Source: Candidatus Micrarchaeia archaeon
GTDB lineage: Archaea; Micrarchaeota; Micrarchaeia; CABMEP01
Length of the DNA: 64,000 nt
Direction of reading: 5' to 3'
Assembly: GCA_038886535.1 (NCBI GenBank)
Contig: JAVZXS010000002.1
Span: 128,001-192,000, forward strand
Shown: positions 38,744 through 49,354 of the stretch, piece by piece
How positions within the stretch are numbered: the first letter of the stretch is position 1
Layout: the number at the start of each line of letters is the position of its first letter
Made by a program: the position numbers and the translations under genes
Notes under the pieces: model-generated
What the model was told of the DNA's origin: nothing
The model's database searches: none
Seen by the model: the letters and a program-made list of their open reading frames with translations, nothing else

Positions 38744-39331
38744 ATGGGAAAAAATAATAGGGGAAAATATAAGAAAAACGCATTTATATTCACAACAGAT
38801 GCCTTTCTCGCCCTCCCACTTGTTGTCTTGGCAGTGTCTACATTTATAGCATTTTCAGTTACTCTTCGAGATAATATTACTGTACAAGAATACGCCTATA
38901 TAATTGCAAAAGATGCAATGAATGTTTTAATCGATTCAAATCCACAATATATCGGAGGATCTGGAGATAACTCATTTGCTTATATAATTGCACAGAATAT
39001 TGCTGACTCGGATTTAAATAGTGCAAACAATACAGCATCTGTAATTGATTCTATTGTTCCTTCTAATGCAGCATATATACTTGAATACAAATCATCTTCT
39101 GATAATCAATGGAAAGAGATAAGAATTTTAGACAGGGGGAACAAGATAGCACAGAACAAATATTCAATTCAGGTCTCGAATACAAGGTTGATTACAGATA
39201 TCTCAAAACCAAGACTCAACCCTAGTGGCAACTGTCCAAGCGAAATAGTTTGTTCTTTCCCATCAATATCACAGTATACTCCAGGTTCAATAGTTGGTCC
39301 ACTACTCCTCAGGATAAGGGTATTCATATAA
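38744..39331 (+). CDS. Pilin-like protein with variant class III signal peptide
   Basis: KKNA/FIFTTDA plus hydrophobic helix. Confidence 0.65.
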   Translation: MGKNNRGKYKKNAFIFTTDAFLALPLVVLAVSTFIAFSVTLRDNITVQEYAYIIAKDAMNVLIDSNPQYIGGSGDNSFAYIIAQNIADSDLNSANNTASVIDSIVPSNAAYILEYKSSSDNQWKEIRILDRGNKIAQNKYSIQVSNTRLITDISKPRLNPSGNCPSEIVCSFPSISQYTPGSIVGPLLLRIRVFI

Positions 39332-39359
39332 TAAATGTAATTAAAGGATAAGTGTTTGT

Positions 39360-40778
39360 ATGTTAGGAAAAGAAAATTTCAAAACAGAAAAATCAAATAA
39401 AATGCAATATGGCAAGCAGAAAAAGGGATTCGTATTTACCATCCTAACTTTAGTTATAATAGTATTCATGATTATAGAACTGAACATATATTTCAGGACA
39501 TATGAATTAAAACTTGCTAATGAACCAAATAAGCTCAGGCTTCAGGTAATACAGGATTTCATAAGAGCATACTCTCCAAACTATTTCAATGAAACTGCAT
39601 ATTCTTTTATTTATTCATCTTTATATGAACTTAACAGAGATTCAATCCAATATCCTCCATCACAATCAACATTAGCTGAGTTGATTTGGAACATTACTTA
39701 TACTGGAAAGAGAACAGACAGACCAGGCCAACCCCAAATTATCAGTGCTGTAAATACACTTTCTGCTTATGATTCGAATCTTTCTGCATTAGCAAAATCA
39801 ATGAATATTGATTTGGTTGTTAATTATAAGGATTTCAACATCACACAAATAGATTATTGGACTGTACAGTATAATTTTACAATTGCAGTTTCAATAAATG
39901 ACAAGGCATCTAGCACCAGTGTCAAGTTCACTTCCCCCATTTCATTAAACATCTCAATAATTGGATTTGAAGATCCCTGGCTTGCAAGAATGGGATTCAG
40001 AAACAGGAGTATAATACCTGTGGATCAGAGGCAAATGGATCAGATAAGGCCTTCTCTTTTGATGAACGGGACAAGAGGGAGAGGTTGGTTCTATGGCGAA
40101 CCAATAATAGTTACAAGCTGTCCTTCTGTTGATTTTGAATTCACTGATTCTTTCTTAGAGAATAAGACAAAGATAATGGTTACAGACAATACTGGAGTTG
40201 CTAGGGATTGCGGTCAGCTTTTCGGAGCAGTTATAGTGGTATCTGATCAAAACGCAAATACAAACTCATTTGTTGGATTGGATGTTCCATTATTCATAAA
40301 TTCATCAGCAAGAATCTCAGATATTCCAATGCAACCTATCTTAATAGTTTCAGACAATGACACTGTAATAACAGATGACAGTTCAGGTCATTATCATTAT
40401 ATGCTTGACATAAACAATCTAAGAAGTGGAATAGAATGCGGAAGATACTTTGTAAGACCATATAATAATTATGGCTATCTAAGAAGGCTCACAAACAACG
40501 TTACTGGAGTTTTTGATGAGTTCGGTATAGAAACTATTTTGTCAGGTACAACCCAAGCAATCCCAACTTCAAGATCTTCTTATAGTTTTGTTGATAGAGA
40601 ATATAACTCATCCATCATCGGTAATCTAATTAAAGGTCTTCCAGGTTGCAGTAATCAGTTGGTATGCAATTATACTAGAGATTACCATTCCTCTTCAATA
40701 CCTTATCCAACAAGATTAAGTACAGATGCAGCTAGATATTATTTAGGCTTATTTAACTCCTCAATGCTGATAAAATAA
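39360..40778 (+). CDS. Large pilin-like protein (candidate adhesin/minor pilin)
   Basis: KKG/FVFTILTL plus hydrophobic helix; ISIIGFEDP; many N-x-S/T sequons. Confidence 0.65.
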   Translation: MLGKENFKTEKSNKMQYGKQKKGFVFTILTLVIIVFMIIELNIYFRTYELKLANEPNKLRLQVIQDFIRAYSPNYFNETAYSFIYSSLYELNRDSIQYPPSQSTLAELIWNITYTGKRTDRPGQPQIISAVNTLSAYDSNLSALAKSMNIDLVVNYKDFNITQIDYWTVQYNFTIAVSINDKASSTSVKFTSPISLNISIIGFEDPWLARMGFRNRSIIPVDQRQMDQIRPSLLMNGTRGRGWFYGEPIIVTSCPSVDFEFTDSFLENKTKIMVTDNTGVARDCGQLFGAVIVVSDQNANTNSFVGLDVPLFINSSARISDIPMQPILIVSDNDTVITDDSSGHYHYMLDINNLRSGIECGRYFVRPYNNYGYLRRLTNNVTGVFDEFGIETILSGTTQAIPTSRSSYSFVDREYNSSIIGNLIKGLPGCSNQLVCNYTRDYHSSSIPYPTRLSTDAARYYLGLFNSSMLIK

Positions 40779-40790
40779 GATTAGGATGAT

Positions 40791-41240
40791 ATGATGGGAA
40801 ATGAAAATTTGTTTTTTAAAGGTCAAATAATGCTTGAAACCCTTATAATAGTTTCATTCCTCTTGCTTATCCTAATCCCTACTGTAATCTACATCTTATC
40901 TGTTCTTTCTACCGAGTCATGGAAGACAGATTCAAACCAAGCATATTCAACATTGACAAAAATAGTTTCAATATCTAACAAGCTAGCGATGCTTGGGAAT
41001 GGTTCATCTTCGTATGAATCCATATTTCTTCCATCAAGTACTCAAAGAATGAATGTATCAAGTGACGGAAGAGAGATCTTTATTACTTTAAAAGGGCCTA
41101 AATCAAGTGATTTACATGTTGTTGCTTTAAGTCCAGTTAGCATAAGATTGAATTCAACTCAAGATTGGAGTAATATTAAAGGAGCGCAAACACTTATGTT
41201 TGTTGTCCAAGATGGAGAGGTAATAATATCAAAAACATAA
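40791..41240 (+). CDS. Minor pilin with class III signal peptide
   Basis: KG/QIMLETL plus hydrophobic helix. Confidence 0.78.
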   Translation: MMGNENLFFKGQIMLETLIIVSFLLLILIPTVIYILSVLSTESWKTDSNQAYSTLTKIVSISNKLAMLGNGSSSYESIFLPSSTQRMNVSSDGREIFITLKGPKSSDLHVVALSPVSIRLNSTQDWSNIKGAQTLMFVVQDGEVIISKT

Positions 41241-41300
41241 AAAACATAATATATTGAAAATAGAGATTAGTAATGTTTATTTTATTGATAGTGTGGTTTC

Positions 41301-41753
41301 ATGAAGAAAATTAATAATCTTGTAAAAAAAGGACAGGTTGCATTTGAATTCCTTCTCATTTATAGCTTTTTCATATTTGTATTTCTTTCTTCGCTTTATA
41401 TAATCTCTGGACAGGCACTTAACCAGCAGAGATATGCAGAAGGATTGTATGCACGAGAATTTATTGTAACAATTGCAGATGAGATAAATGCGGCAGCTAC
41501 AATCGAAGGTTACGAAAAGAATCTAACTATTCCAACTACAATAAGCAGTGTTCCATATCAACTTTATGTATATAAAGGTATGGTTGGATTAAATTACAGC
41601 TCAATAACAAATATAGATACACTATATCCTTTGGCAACAGATAAAATATTTGTAAATGGAGTAGATACGTCTGAACGCATTGGATATATTAATACAGCGA
41701 AAGGAAAATTAAAAATAATAAGCTCACAGGGCACGGTGATATTAAATGACTAA
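41301..41753 (+). CDS. Minor pilin with class III signal peptide
   Basis: KKG/QVAFEFL plus hydrophobic helix. Confidence 0.78.
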   Translation: MKKINNLVKKGQVAFEFLLIYSFFIFVFLSSLYIISGQALNQQRYAEGLYAREFIVTIADEINAAATIEGYEKNLTIPTTISSVPYQLYVYKGMVGLNYSSITNIDTLYPLATDKIFVNGVDTSERIGYINTAKGKLKIISSQGTVILND

Positions 41754-42258
41754 AAAATTTAATTCAATTAAAAACAAACTAGAATGCAGAACTAAAAAAG
41801 GCCAGTTCTTTTCATATGATGCAATAGTAGCCGGAGTACTTTTCATTCTTCTTCTTACAATTCTTTATAATTATTGGAATTCATTAAGAACAGCAGTTTC
41901 AGTAAGGATTGATGATTCGTCAAGAATCGCATTAAGTGTTTCAAACATGCTTTTGACACCAGGCTATCCTTTGGATTGGAATTCAACAAACTTCAATCAG
42001 ATAGGTTTAACAGAAGATTACAACACAATAAAAATTAATGAAGCAAAGGTTTCAAATCTCACTCTTATTTCTTATATAAATTATGAATTAATGAAAGAAA
42101 GGTTAGGTGTAGGACCTTATGAAATATATATTACGATTGGAGACGAGATAATAGGTATTGCACCTTTAAATCCTACATCAAAGGTCACAATATCAAGGCC
42201 AGCCATATATAAGGATAGATTAGAAAATCTATCAGTAACTATTTGGAGTACAAAATGA
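41746..42258 (+). CDS. Minor pilin with class III signal peptide
   Basis: KKG/QFFSYDA plus hydrophobic helix; TPGYPLDW. Confidence 0.75.
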   Translation: MTKKFNSIKNKLECRTKKGQFFSYDAIVAGVLFILLLTILYNYWNSLRTAVSVRIDDSSRIALSVSNMLLTPGYPLDWNSTNFNQIGLTEDYNTIKINEAKVSNLTLISYINYELMKERLGVGPYEIYITIGDEIIGIAPLNPTSKVTISRPAIYKDRLENLSVTIWSTK

Positions 42259-42285
42259 ATTTTTGTATTTAGACTTATTCAGACC

Positions 42286-42825
42286 TTATTTGTCCTTTTC
42301 TTTATTTAGAAAGAATTTCATTCTGTCTATCAATCCTATATTTTCATTTTTTACTGATTCTACTTGAATTTCATCCTGGACATTTATTTTTTGAATAGTT
42401 TCTTCCGTTTTTCTTTTATATTCCGAGTAAAATTTTTCAACAGTTCTCCTGTTGACATAATCGTGCTGTCTAAACCCTCCTCCGAATGATTTTGGTATAT
42501 GTAGCAATTCATGTATCAATACTTTCGTTTTTTCTTCCTCATTCATTCTGTCGAATCTCTCACTAAGTACCTCTATAACATAAAATGCATCCGTATTCAT
42601 TCCAAGCTGCATTACTTTCGGCAGTCCATGACATCTGGCAATTACTCTTCTTGAGTTAGTTCCATAACTTCTAAAACAAGCAATTCTTTCTATATTTACA
42701 TAATTTATATTCAGTTTTTCAACGATGTCCTTTATCTTTTCTTCCAGGTCCTTTGCTCTTTCGTATCTCATAAAATAAGATTTGATGTAAATAATTTTAA
42801 ATCTAGAGTTAATTTTCATTTTCAA
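42286..42825 (-). CDS. Putative HEXXH metallopeptidase
   Basis: IARCHGLPK, YVIEVLSERF, IHELLHIP and GGFRQH. Start is probably the downstream MRYERA. Confidence 0.8.
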   Translation of the reverse strand: MKMKINSRFKIIYIKSYFMRYERAKDLEEKIKDIVEKLNINYVNIERIACFRSYGTNSRRVIARCHGLPKVMQLGMNTDAFYVIEVLSERFDRMNEEEKTKVLIHELLHIPKSFGGGFRQHDYVNRRTVEKFYSEYKRKTEETIQKINVQDEIQVESVKNENIGLIDRMKFFLNKEKDK

Positions 42826-42847
42826 TAAAATGGTTATAAAACAATAA

Positions 42848-43297
42848 TTACCAGCTAGGGTACTTGGTTTTTAGTTCATTAAGATAAAATTTATATGCTT
42901 CAACAGAATCCATATTGTGGTTTCTAGTGAATCTTTCGTTAATTTTATGTGGATTTAACATTGCATTTATTGTCTTCAACAACGCCATTTCTTCTATTGT
43001 TATCTTTTCATTCCTATGAACTATCTTCTTTCTTATTATCTGAAGAGAAGGATTCCATGCCATATGGAAATTTTTAACACACCATCTTGCTCCGCGGTCG
43101 ATTAATACATTGATCATTTTTTCAACCATGTATCCATTTTCTAGTCTTTCGCTTTTATTTATTCTACCTTTGTTTTCTTCCAATCTTTTAATCAACGGCA
43201 GAAAGTCAATTATCTCTAACTTGTCTTGATGAGGATCTCCGAAATTCCTATTAGAATAGGGTGCACTACCATCTTCCATGAATTTGAATCTTTCCAT
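42848..43297 (-). CDS. Hypothetical protein
   Basis: 149-aa ORF with no recognisable motif. Confidence 0.55.
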   Translation of the reverse strand: MERFKFMEDGSAPYSNRNFGDPHQDKLEIIDFLPLIKRLEENKGRINKSERLENGYMVEKMINVLIDRGARWCVKNFHMAWNPSLQIIRKKIVHRNEKITIEEMALLKTINAMLNPHKINERFTRNHNMDSVEAYKFYLNELKTKYPSW

Positions 43298-43408
43298 AAA
43301 ACCACTCTATAAAGTCATCCTAATATTTATAGAATTTAGAACATTCAATGTTTATATTTCTTTCTATTTTATTATTATTGCTTATTTTATACAATTTAGA
43401 TTTGGAAA

Positions 43409-46057
43409 GTGATTATTATGGCAAAAACAAAAGAGGTATATCTGTTTAAAGAAGGTTCAAGTAAGATGAGGCAAATACTTGGAGGTAAAGGTTGTGAATT
43501 GTCTGAGATGACAAGAATCGGATTACCTGTTCCACCTGGAATTATAATAACTACGGAACAGTGTCTTATTTATCAGAAGACAAAGAAGATCTCAAAAGAT
43601 CTTGAAAATAAAATATTTAAAGCACTCTCAAGTGTGGAGAAGCAAGTAGGAAAGAAGTTCGGAGATGAAAAAAATCCGCTTTTAGTTTCAGTTAGATCTG
43701 GAGCACCAGTTTCAATGCCAGGCATGATGGACACAATTTTAAATCTAGGATTAAATGATAAGACAGTCATTGGTTTTGCAAAAAACACAAATGAAAGAAC
43801 AGCTTATGATGCATACAGAAGATTGGTGCAGATGTTTGGAGAGGTTGTTCTTGGTATCAAGAAGGAAAAGTTTGACAAAATATTCGAATCTGTAAAGGAA
43901 GAGCATGGAAGAAAGCAGGATATAGAATTAAATGTTGATGAGCTTAAAGAGATAATCTCAAAATACAAACACCTTGTTCATCAAGAAACTGGAAAGGAAT
44001 TTCCAGATGATCCAAGAAAGCAGCTGATAATGGCAGTGGAAGCAGTGTTTAATTCTTGGAACAATCCAAGGGCGATAACTTACAGAAATTTGTATAAAAT
44101 TCCACATGATATGGGAACTGCAGTAGTCATCCAAGCAATGGTGTTTGGAAATAGCGGAGAAAAGAGCGGTACTGGAGTTGCATTTACAAGAAATCCATCA
44201 ACCGGTGAAAAGAAACTATATGGAGAATATTTAATTAATGCACAAGGAGAGGATGTGGTTGCAGGAATAAGAACACCACAACCTATAGAAAAAATGAAGA
44301 AAGAATTGCCACAAGCTTACAAAGAGCTGGAAAGAATAGCAAAGCTTCTTGAAAAACACTATAGGGAAATGCAGGATATGGAGTTTACAATTGAAAACGG
44401 AAAGCTATGGATGCTTCAGACAAGAACAGGTAAAAGAACAGCGGCTGCAGCTGTAAAGATTGCAGTAGATATGGTAAAAGAGAAGCTCATAACAAAGGAA
44501 GAGGCAATAATGAGAGTTTCCCCTTCACAGATTGACCAGTTGCTACATAGACAAATCGATCCAAGTGTTAAAGTCAATCCGATTGCAAAAGGTTTGCCCG
44601 CGAGCCCAGGTGCAGCAACCGGAAAGATTGTATTCACAGCAGATGAAGCTGCAGAAAAAGGTAAAAAAGAAAAAGTAATTCTTGTTGCAGTTGAAACCAC
44701 TCCAGATGACATCCATGGTATGATTGCATCTCAAGGAATTCTTACCAGCAGAGGAGGAATGACTTGTCATGCAGCAGTGGTAGCAAGAGGTTTAGGTTTG
44801 CCATCTGTTGTAGGATGCGAGGCCGCAAAGGTAGACATAGATAAGAAAACACTTACAATAAACGGAAAGGTATTCAAAGAAGGAGATTTGATCACTATTG
44901 ACGGTTCAACAGGAAATGTGATAGAGGGAGAGGTAAAGCTTGTAGAACCCACTATATCTGGAGAATTCAATGTATTTTTGAATTGGTGCGATTCAGTTGC
45001 AAGGATGAAAGTAAGAGCGAATGCAGACACTCCTTCGGCAGCAAAAGGAGCACGCAACTTTGGAGCAAAGGGAATTGGATTATGCAGAACAGAAAGAATG
45101 TTCAACGATCCAGAGAGGCTTCCTTTCGTGCAAAAGATGATTCTCTCAGAGACAGCAGAAGAGAGAAAGAAATGGCTAGCAAAGCTTAAGGAATTTCAGG
45201 TTAAGGACTTCTATGAGATTTTCCTTGCAATGGACGGTTTACCAGTAACTGTCCGTTTACTAGATCCACCACTTCATGAATTTCTGCCTAAGCTTGAAGA
45301 ATTGCTTGCAGAGATAGCAGAACTTAGTTCAAAGAAGGTTGATGAAAGAGTTATTGAGGAGAAGCAGGCAATGCTTAAGAAGGTAAGAGAGCTGCAGGAA
45401 TTCAATCCAATGCTTGGCCACAGAGGATCAAGATTAGGAATCACTTATCCAGAGATTTATGAAATGCAGGTCTCTGCAATATTTGAAGCAGCTGCAAGAT
45501 TAAAGAAAGAGAAAAAGAACCCAATAGTAGAAATCATGGTTCCATTGATAGGAAACGTCAATGAACTAAAGATATTGAAGCCGATAATAAAGAAGACCGC
45601 TGATGAGATATTGGAAAGAGAAAAAGTAAAACTAAATTATACGATTGGAACAATGATAGAGGTTCCAAGAGCTGCATTAACAGCAGACGAGATAGCACAA
45701 GAGGCAGAGTTCTTCTCATTTGGAACAAATGACCTTACTCAAACAACGCTTGGTTTTAGCAGAGATGATGCAGAGGCCAAATTCTTGCAGCTTTATCTCA
45801 ATAAAGAAATTTACAAGTCTAATCCATTTGAAGTAATAGATTACGGAGTAGGAAAGCTTGTAGAGATGGCAGTTAAGCTTGGAAGATCTACAAGAAAGAA
45901 CCTTAAGGTTGGGGTATGTGGTGAAACAGGCGGAGAACCTACTTCAATCAAATTCTATCACGATGTAGGATTAGACTATGTAAGCTGCTCTCAATATAGA
46001 GTTCCAATTGCAAGATTAGCTTGCGCTCAGGCAGCCATAGCTGACAAGAAAAAATGA
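43409..46057 (+). CDS. ppdK: Pyruvate, phosphate dikinase
   Basis: LGGKG, VSVRSGA, GGMTCHAAVVARG, GLCRTE and SFGTNDLTQ. Confidence 0.97.
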   Translation: MIIMAKTKEVYLFKEGSSKMRQILGGKGCELSEMTRIGLPVPPGIIITTEQCLIYQKTKKISKDLENKIFKALSSVEKQVGKKFGDEKNPLLVSVRSGAPVSMPGMMDTILNLGLNDKTVIGFAKNTNERTAYDAYRRLVQMFGEVVLGIKKEKFDKIFESVKEEHGRKQDIELNVDELKEIISKYKHLVHQETGKEFPDDPRKQLIMAVEAVFNSWNNPRAITYRNLYKIPHDMGTAVVIQAMVFGNSGEKSGTGVAFTRNPSTGEKKLYGEYLINAQGEDVVAGIRTPQPIEKMKKELPQAYKELERIAKLLEKHYREMQDMEFTIENGKLWMLQTRTGKRTAAAAVKIAVDMVKEKLITKEEAIMRVSPSQIDQLLHRQIDPSVKVNPIAKGLPASPGAATGKIVFTADEAAEKGKKEKVILVAVETTPDDIHGMIASQGILTSRGGMTCHAAVVARGLGLPSVVGCEAAKVDIDKKTLTINGKVFKEGDLITIDGSTGNVIEGEVKLVEPTISGEFNVFLNWCDSVARMKVRANADTPSAAKGARNFGAKGIGLCRTERMFNDPERLPFVQKMILSETAEERKKWLAKLKEFQVKDFYEIFLAMDGLPVTVRLLDPPLHEFLPKLEELLAEIAELSSKKVDERVIEEKQAMLKKVRELQEFNPMLGHRGSRLGITYPEIYEMQVSAIFEAAARLKKEKKNPIVEIMVPLIGNVNELKILKPIIKKTADEILEREKVKLNYTIGTMIEVPRAALTADEIAQEAEFFSFGTNDLTQTTLGFSRDDAEAKFLQLYLNKEIYKSNPFEVIDYGVGKLVEMAVKLGRSTRKNLKVGVCGETGGEPTSIKFYHDVGLDYVSCSQYRVPIARLACAQAAIADKKK

Positions 46058-46094
46058 AAGTAAGAATACAAGATGAAAAGCAAAAAGAATGAAA

Positions 46095-46257
46095 ATTTAG
46101 TTTTTCCTTTTTTATTTTCTTTATTTCTTTTATTTTTTATTTAGTTCTTTTTTCTTTCAGTTTTATCTCTTTTAATCTGTTATTTTTATTTGTTTTTTGT
46201 TATTTTTTTATTCTTTTGAGTTTTGTTGTCTATTATGTTATCTATTCTATTATCTTA
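46095..46257 (+). terminator. Long T-rich tract between convergent genes
   Basis: Repeated oligo-T runs after ppdK. Confidence 0.5.
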
Positions 46258-47028
46258 TTATCTAACATCTTCGTATTCCTGCTTTGACTTTCCAGTAAGG
46301 GTATATTTTATTAGATTTGTGGCATGGAAGAAGAAGAACTTCTTGTATCCCCAGTGCTTAAGTCGCCTCGCTGAAGTATATGTTACTGCATCAACAAATC
46401 TTATCTTTCCTTTTCTCTTTATTCTGTTAAAGAGATCTATGTCTTCTGCAGTTTTAAGATTAAGATTGAATCCTCCTATCTGATTGAATGCATCTTTTCT
46501 GACAGCCATGTTCATTCCTGCAACAGCAGGTTTTCCAATTAGATCAGTGAATCTTATATAAGGGGTGAAGAGCTTTGCAAGAATTTTATCTATTCTGCTA
46601 CCATCTCTTATCAAAACTCTTCCATAAACAGCTACAATCTTTTCATCTTTAGAGAATGCATCCGCTATCTTCTTTAGCCAATCTTTCTCTGCGATTGTGT
46701 CAGAATCAATAAATGCAATTATATCTCCTTTAGCTATTTCAGCTCCCTTCTGTCTCTCTGCTGCTGCAGATCTTCTTTTTTCGATTATCACCTTGTCTGC
46801 GTACTTTCTTGCAATCTCTCTTGTTTCATCTTCACTATTTCCGTCGCATACAATTATTTCTAAAGGTTTGTAAGATTGGCTCTTTAGTGATTTTAAGCAT
46901 GATTCTATGTATTTCTCTTCATTCAATGCAGGAACTACTACGCTTATTTCAAGCTTATTTTTCATCTTTCTGTTTTCTTTTTTTTCTTCTTGTACCTTTT
47001 TATTGTCTCTTTTTTCATCTTTTTTCAT
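46258..47028 (-). CDS. Glycosyltransferase family 2
   Basis: SVVVPALNEE, FIDSD, GGF...AED and TSARR. Confidence 0.9.
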   Translation of the reverse strand: MKKDEKRDNKKVQEEKKENRKMKNKLEISVVVPALNEEKYIESCLKSLKSQSYKPLEIIVCDGNSEDETREIARKYADKVIIEKRRSAAAERQKGAEIAKGDIIAFIDSDTIAEKDWLKKIADAFSKDEKIVAVYGRVLIRDGSRIDKILAKLFTPYIRFTDLIGKPAVAGMNMAVRKDAFNQIGGFNLNLKTAEDIDLFNRIKRKGKIRFVDAVTYTSARRLKHWGYKKFFFFHATNLIKYTLTGKSKQEYEDVR

Positions 47029-47092
47029 TTAGGCACCTATTTAAAAGAAAGAATATGAATTGAAAAAAATTAAATGAAATAAAAACAAAAAA

Positions 47093-49285
47093 TTAGTCCA
47101 TAAAGTCCTTTGCTGTTGGAGGTTCTTTAGGCTCTCCTTTTCTTTCACGGACTTTGGTTACTAATTCATTCTGCAGCGAGGTTGGAACAAGCTCGTATCC
47201 TGCATATTCATGATACCAGATTGCTCTTCCCTGTGATGCAGATCTTAAATCATTGGACATTCCGAATGTCTCAGATACTGGCAGCTTTGCCTTAACAGTG
47301 GATAGTTCTCCTTCCTGTCCAATTTCAATTATTTCACCACGTCTTCCCTGCAATGCAGTTATTATATTTCCTGCATACTCCTGTGGCGATTGTACAAGGA
47401 ATATCTGCTTTGGTTCCATGAGCCTTACTCCAGATGTGAGCATGCTTGCATAGATTGGTCTCTTTATTGCAGGCATGATCTGAGCAGGACCTCTATGTGC
47501 AGGATCTTCATGAATTATTGCATCTGTTAATAATACCTTCACGCCAACAACCTTTTCTTTTGCAAGAGGTCCTTTGTCCACTGCTTCCTCGAATGCCTTG
47601 AGCACTAATTCCATGATTTCCTGCATGTATTGTACTCCTTTTGTTGCATCCACGAGTACACATCTGTTCTTTATGTCTAGAACTTTCTTTGCCTGATCTC
47701 TTTCCATTCCTGCTTCTACAAGAGCATCAACTATAGCCTTTCCTTTCGGTCTTCCCTCAGGAATCTTTCCTTCTACTATTGCATTGTAAACTCCCTCTTC
47801 AAGAGGCTCAACCTTTATCTTGAATTTGTTGTGCTTGTTAGGTGATTTTCCTTCAAGTTCAGGTCCTGGTTTAAGTATTGTTTCTCTATACACCACAATT
47901 GGTGGAGAAGTTTCTATTTCTACTCCTTTCTCCTTTGATATCTTGTACTCCACAATCTCAAGGTGAAGTTCACCCATACCACTTATAAGGTGCTCACCAG
48001 TTTCCTGGTTGATTTCTACTTTAAGAGTTGGGTCTTCCTTTGACATCTGTCTTAAGACTTCAATTAACTTGACAAGGTCCTTTGTGTTCTTTGCCTCTAT
48101 CGATTTTGTAACAACGGGTTCAGAGTAGTGTTTGATCTGTTCAAATGGTTCAAAGTTTGGATTTTCACTTATTGTTTCTCCTACATAAAGGTCTCTCAAT
48201 CCTACTATTGCAGCAATGTTTCCTGCTGGAACCTCATCTGCAGGAATTCTATCTGGACCCATGTAGATTCCTACCTGTTGAACCTTTGCTGAGGTATGTT
48301 TTGAGGCAATAGTTAATTCTGTTCCCTTTCTTACTGTTCCACTGAATATTCTTGCAACCCCTACCTCTCCAGCATGCTTGTCTACAACCACACCGAAGAT
48401 AATTCCACATACCTTTGCATTAGGATCAGTATTCAACATCGCCTTTCCATCTTCTGTGTTTAAATCACCATGCCACAAGATTGGAATTCTATATACTTGT
48501 GCCTCTTGTGGGTTTGGAAGATGTTGGATTACCATTGTAAGAACAACTTCATCTATTGGTGCCTTTTCAACTAATGTTTTGTGGTCGTTTTTAGTACATA
48601 ACTCATATATATCTGTAAATTTAACTCCCTTCAACTTCATGTATGTGAAAGAAGTCGCCCACTTGTTGAAAGCAGATCCAAAAGCAATGTTTCCTTTTTC
48701 TACATTTATCTTCCATTCATCTTTCTTATCTGCAGGTGCATATTTGTCTATCAGCTTGTTTATATCTGTAATTAGTTTGATCAATCTTTCCTGCGTCTGT
48801 TGTGGCGTGTATTTCAGCTCGTTGATTAATCTGTCAATCTTATTGATGAACACTGTTGGCTTTGATTTTTCCTTTAAAGCCTGTCTTAATACTGTTTCAG
48901 TTTGAGGCATTATACCTTCAACTGCATCTACTACGAGAATAATTCCATCAACTGCTCTCATTGCTCTTGTAACGTGTCCTCCGAAGTCTACGTGTCCTGG
49001 GGTGTCGATAAGGTTGATGACATAGGGCTCTCCATTATATTCGAAACCAAGAGAGATGTTTGCAGATTTGATTGTAATTCCTCTCTTCTGTTCAAGTTCC
49101 TCGAAGTCCATGACTCTCTGTTCTCCTGCAAGCTCTTTGCTGATTAATCCTGCTCTTGCTACTAGAGAGTCTGCTAGTGTTGACTTACCGTGATCTACGT
49201 GTGCTACTATAGCAATGTTTCTCACGTACTTTAGATTTTTCATAATTTTCTGTACTTCTTCTACAACTAATTCTTTTCTTACCAT
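47093..49285 (-). CDS. fusA: Translation elongation factor 2
   Basis: AHVDHGKST, RGITI, DTPGH, NKID and HEDPAHRG diphthamide loop. Confidence 0.98.
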   Translation of the reverse strand: MVRKELVVEEVQKIMKNLKYVRNIAIVAHVDHGKSTLADSLVARAGLISKELAGEQRVMDFEELEQKRGITIKSANISLGFEYNGEPYVINLIDTPGHVDFGGHVTRAMRAVDGIILVVDAVEGIMPQTETVLRQALKEKSKPTVFINKIDRLINELKYTPQQTQERLIKLITDINKLIDKYAPADKKDEWKINVEKGNIAFGSAFNKWATSFTYMKLKGVKFTDIYELCTKNDHKTLVEKAPIDEVVLTMVIQHLPNPQEAQVYRIPILWHGDLNTEDGKAMLNTDPNAKVCGIIFGVVVDKHAGEVGVARIFSGTVRKGTELTIASKHTSAKVQQVGIYMGPDRIPADEVPAGNIAAIVGLRDLYVGETISENPNFEPFEQIKHYSEPVVTKSIEAKNTKDLVKLIEVLRQMSKEDPTLKVEINQETGEHLISGMGELHLEIVEYKISKEKGVEIETSPPIVVYRETILKPGPELEGKSPNKHNKFKIKVEPLEEGVYNAIVEGKIPEGRPKGKAIVDALVEAGMERDQAKKVLDIKNRCVLVDATKGVQYMQEIMELVLKAFEEAVDKGPLAKEKVVGVKVLLTDAIIHEDPAHRGPAQIMPAIKRPIYASMLTSGVRLMEPKQIFLVQSPQEYAGNIITALQGRRGEIIEIGQEGELSTVKAKLPVSETFGMSNDLRSASQGRAIWYHEYAGYELVPTSLQNELVTKVRERKGEPKEPPTAKDFMD

Positions 49286-49313
49286 AATACCTACCTTTAT
49301 ATCAATATAAATG

Positions 49314-49335
49314 AAAAAAGCGAGCGAAAGCCCGC
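49314..49335 (-). terminator. GC hairpin plus U6 tract between rps7 and fusA
   Basis: Minus strand GCGGGC-TTTC-GCTCGC-TTTTTT. Confidence 0.5.
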
Positions 49336-49354
49336 ATGAAAATAAAAAAAGAAT

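Noticed and set aside
46058..46257. Long pyrimidine-rich spacer as an ncRNA or ORF
   Set aside because: No stable pairing is evident; consistent with terminators between convergent genes.
47093..49285. Possible diphthamide-less EF-2 variant
   Set aside because: The HEDPAHRG loop is canonical.
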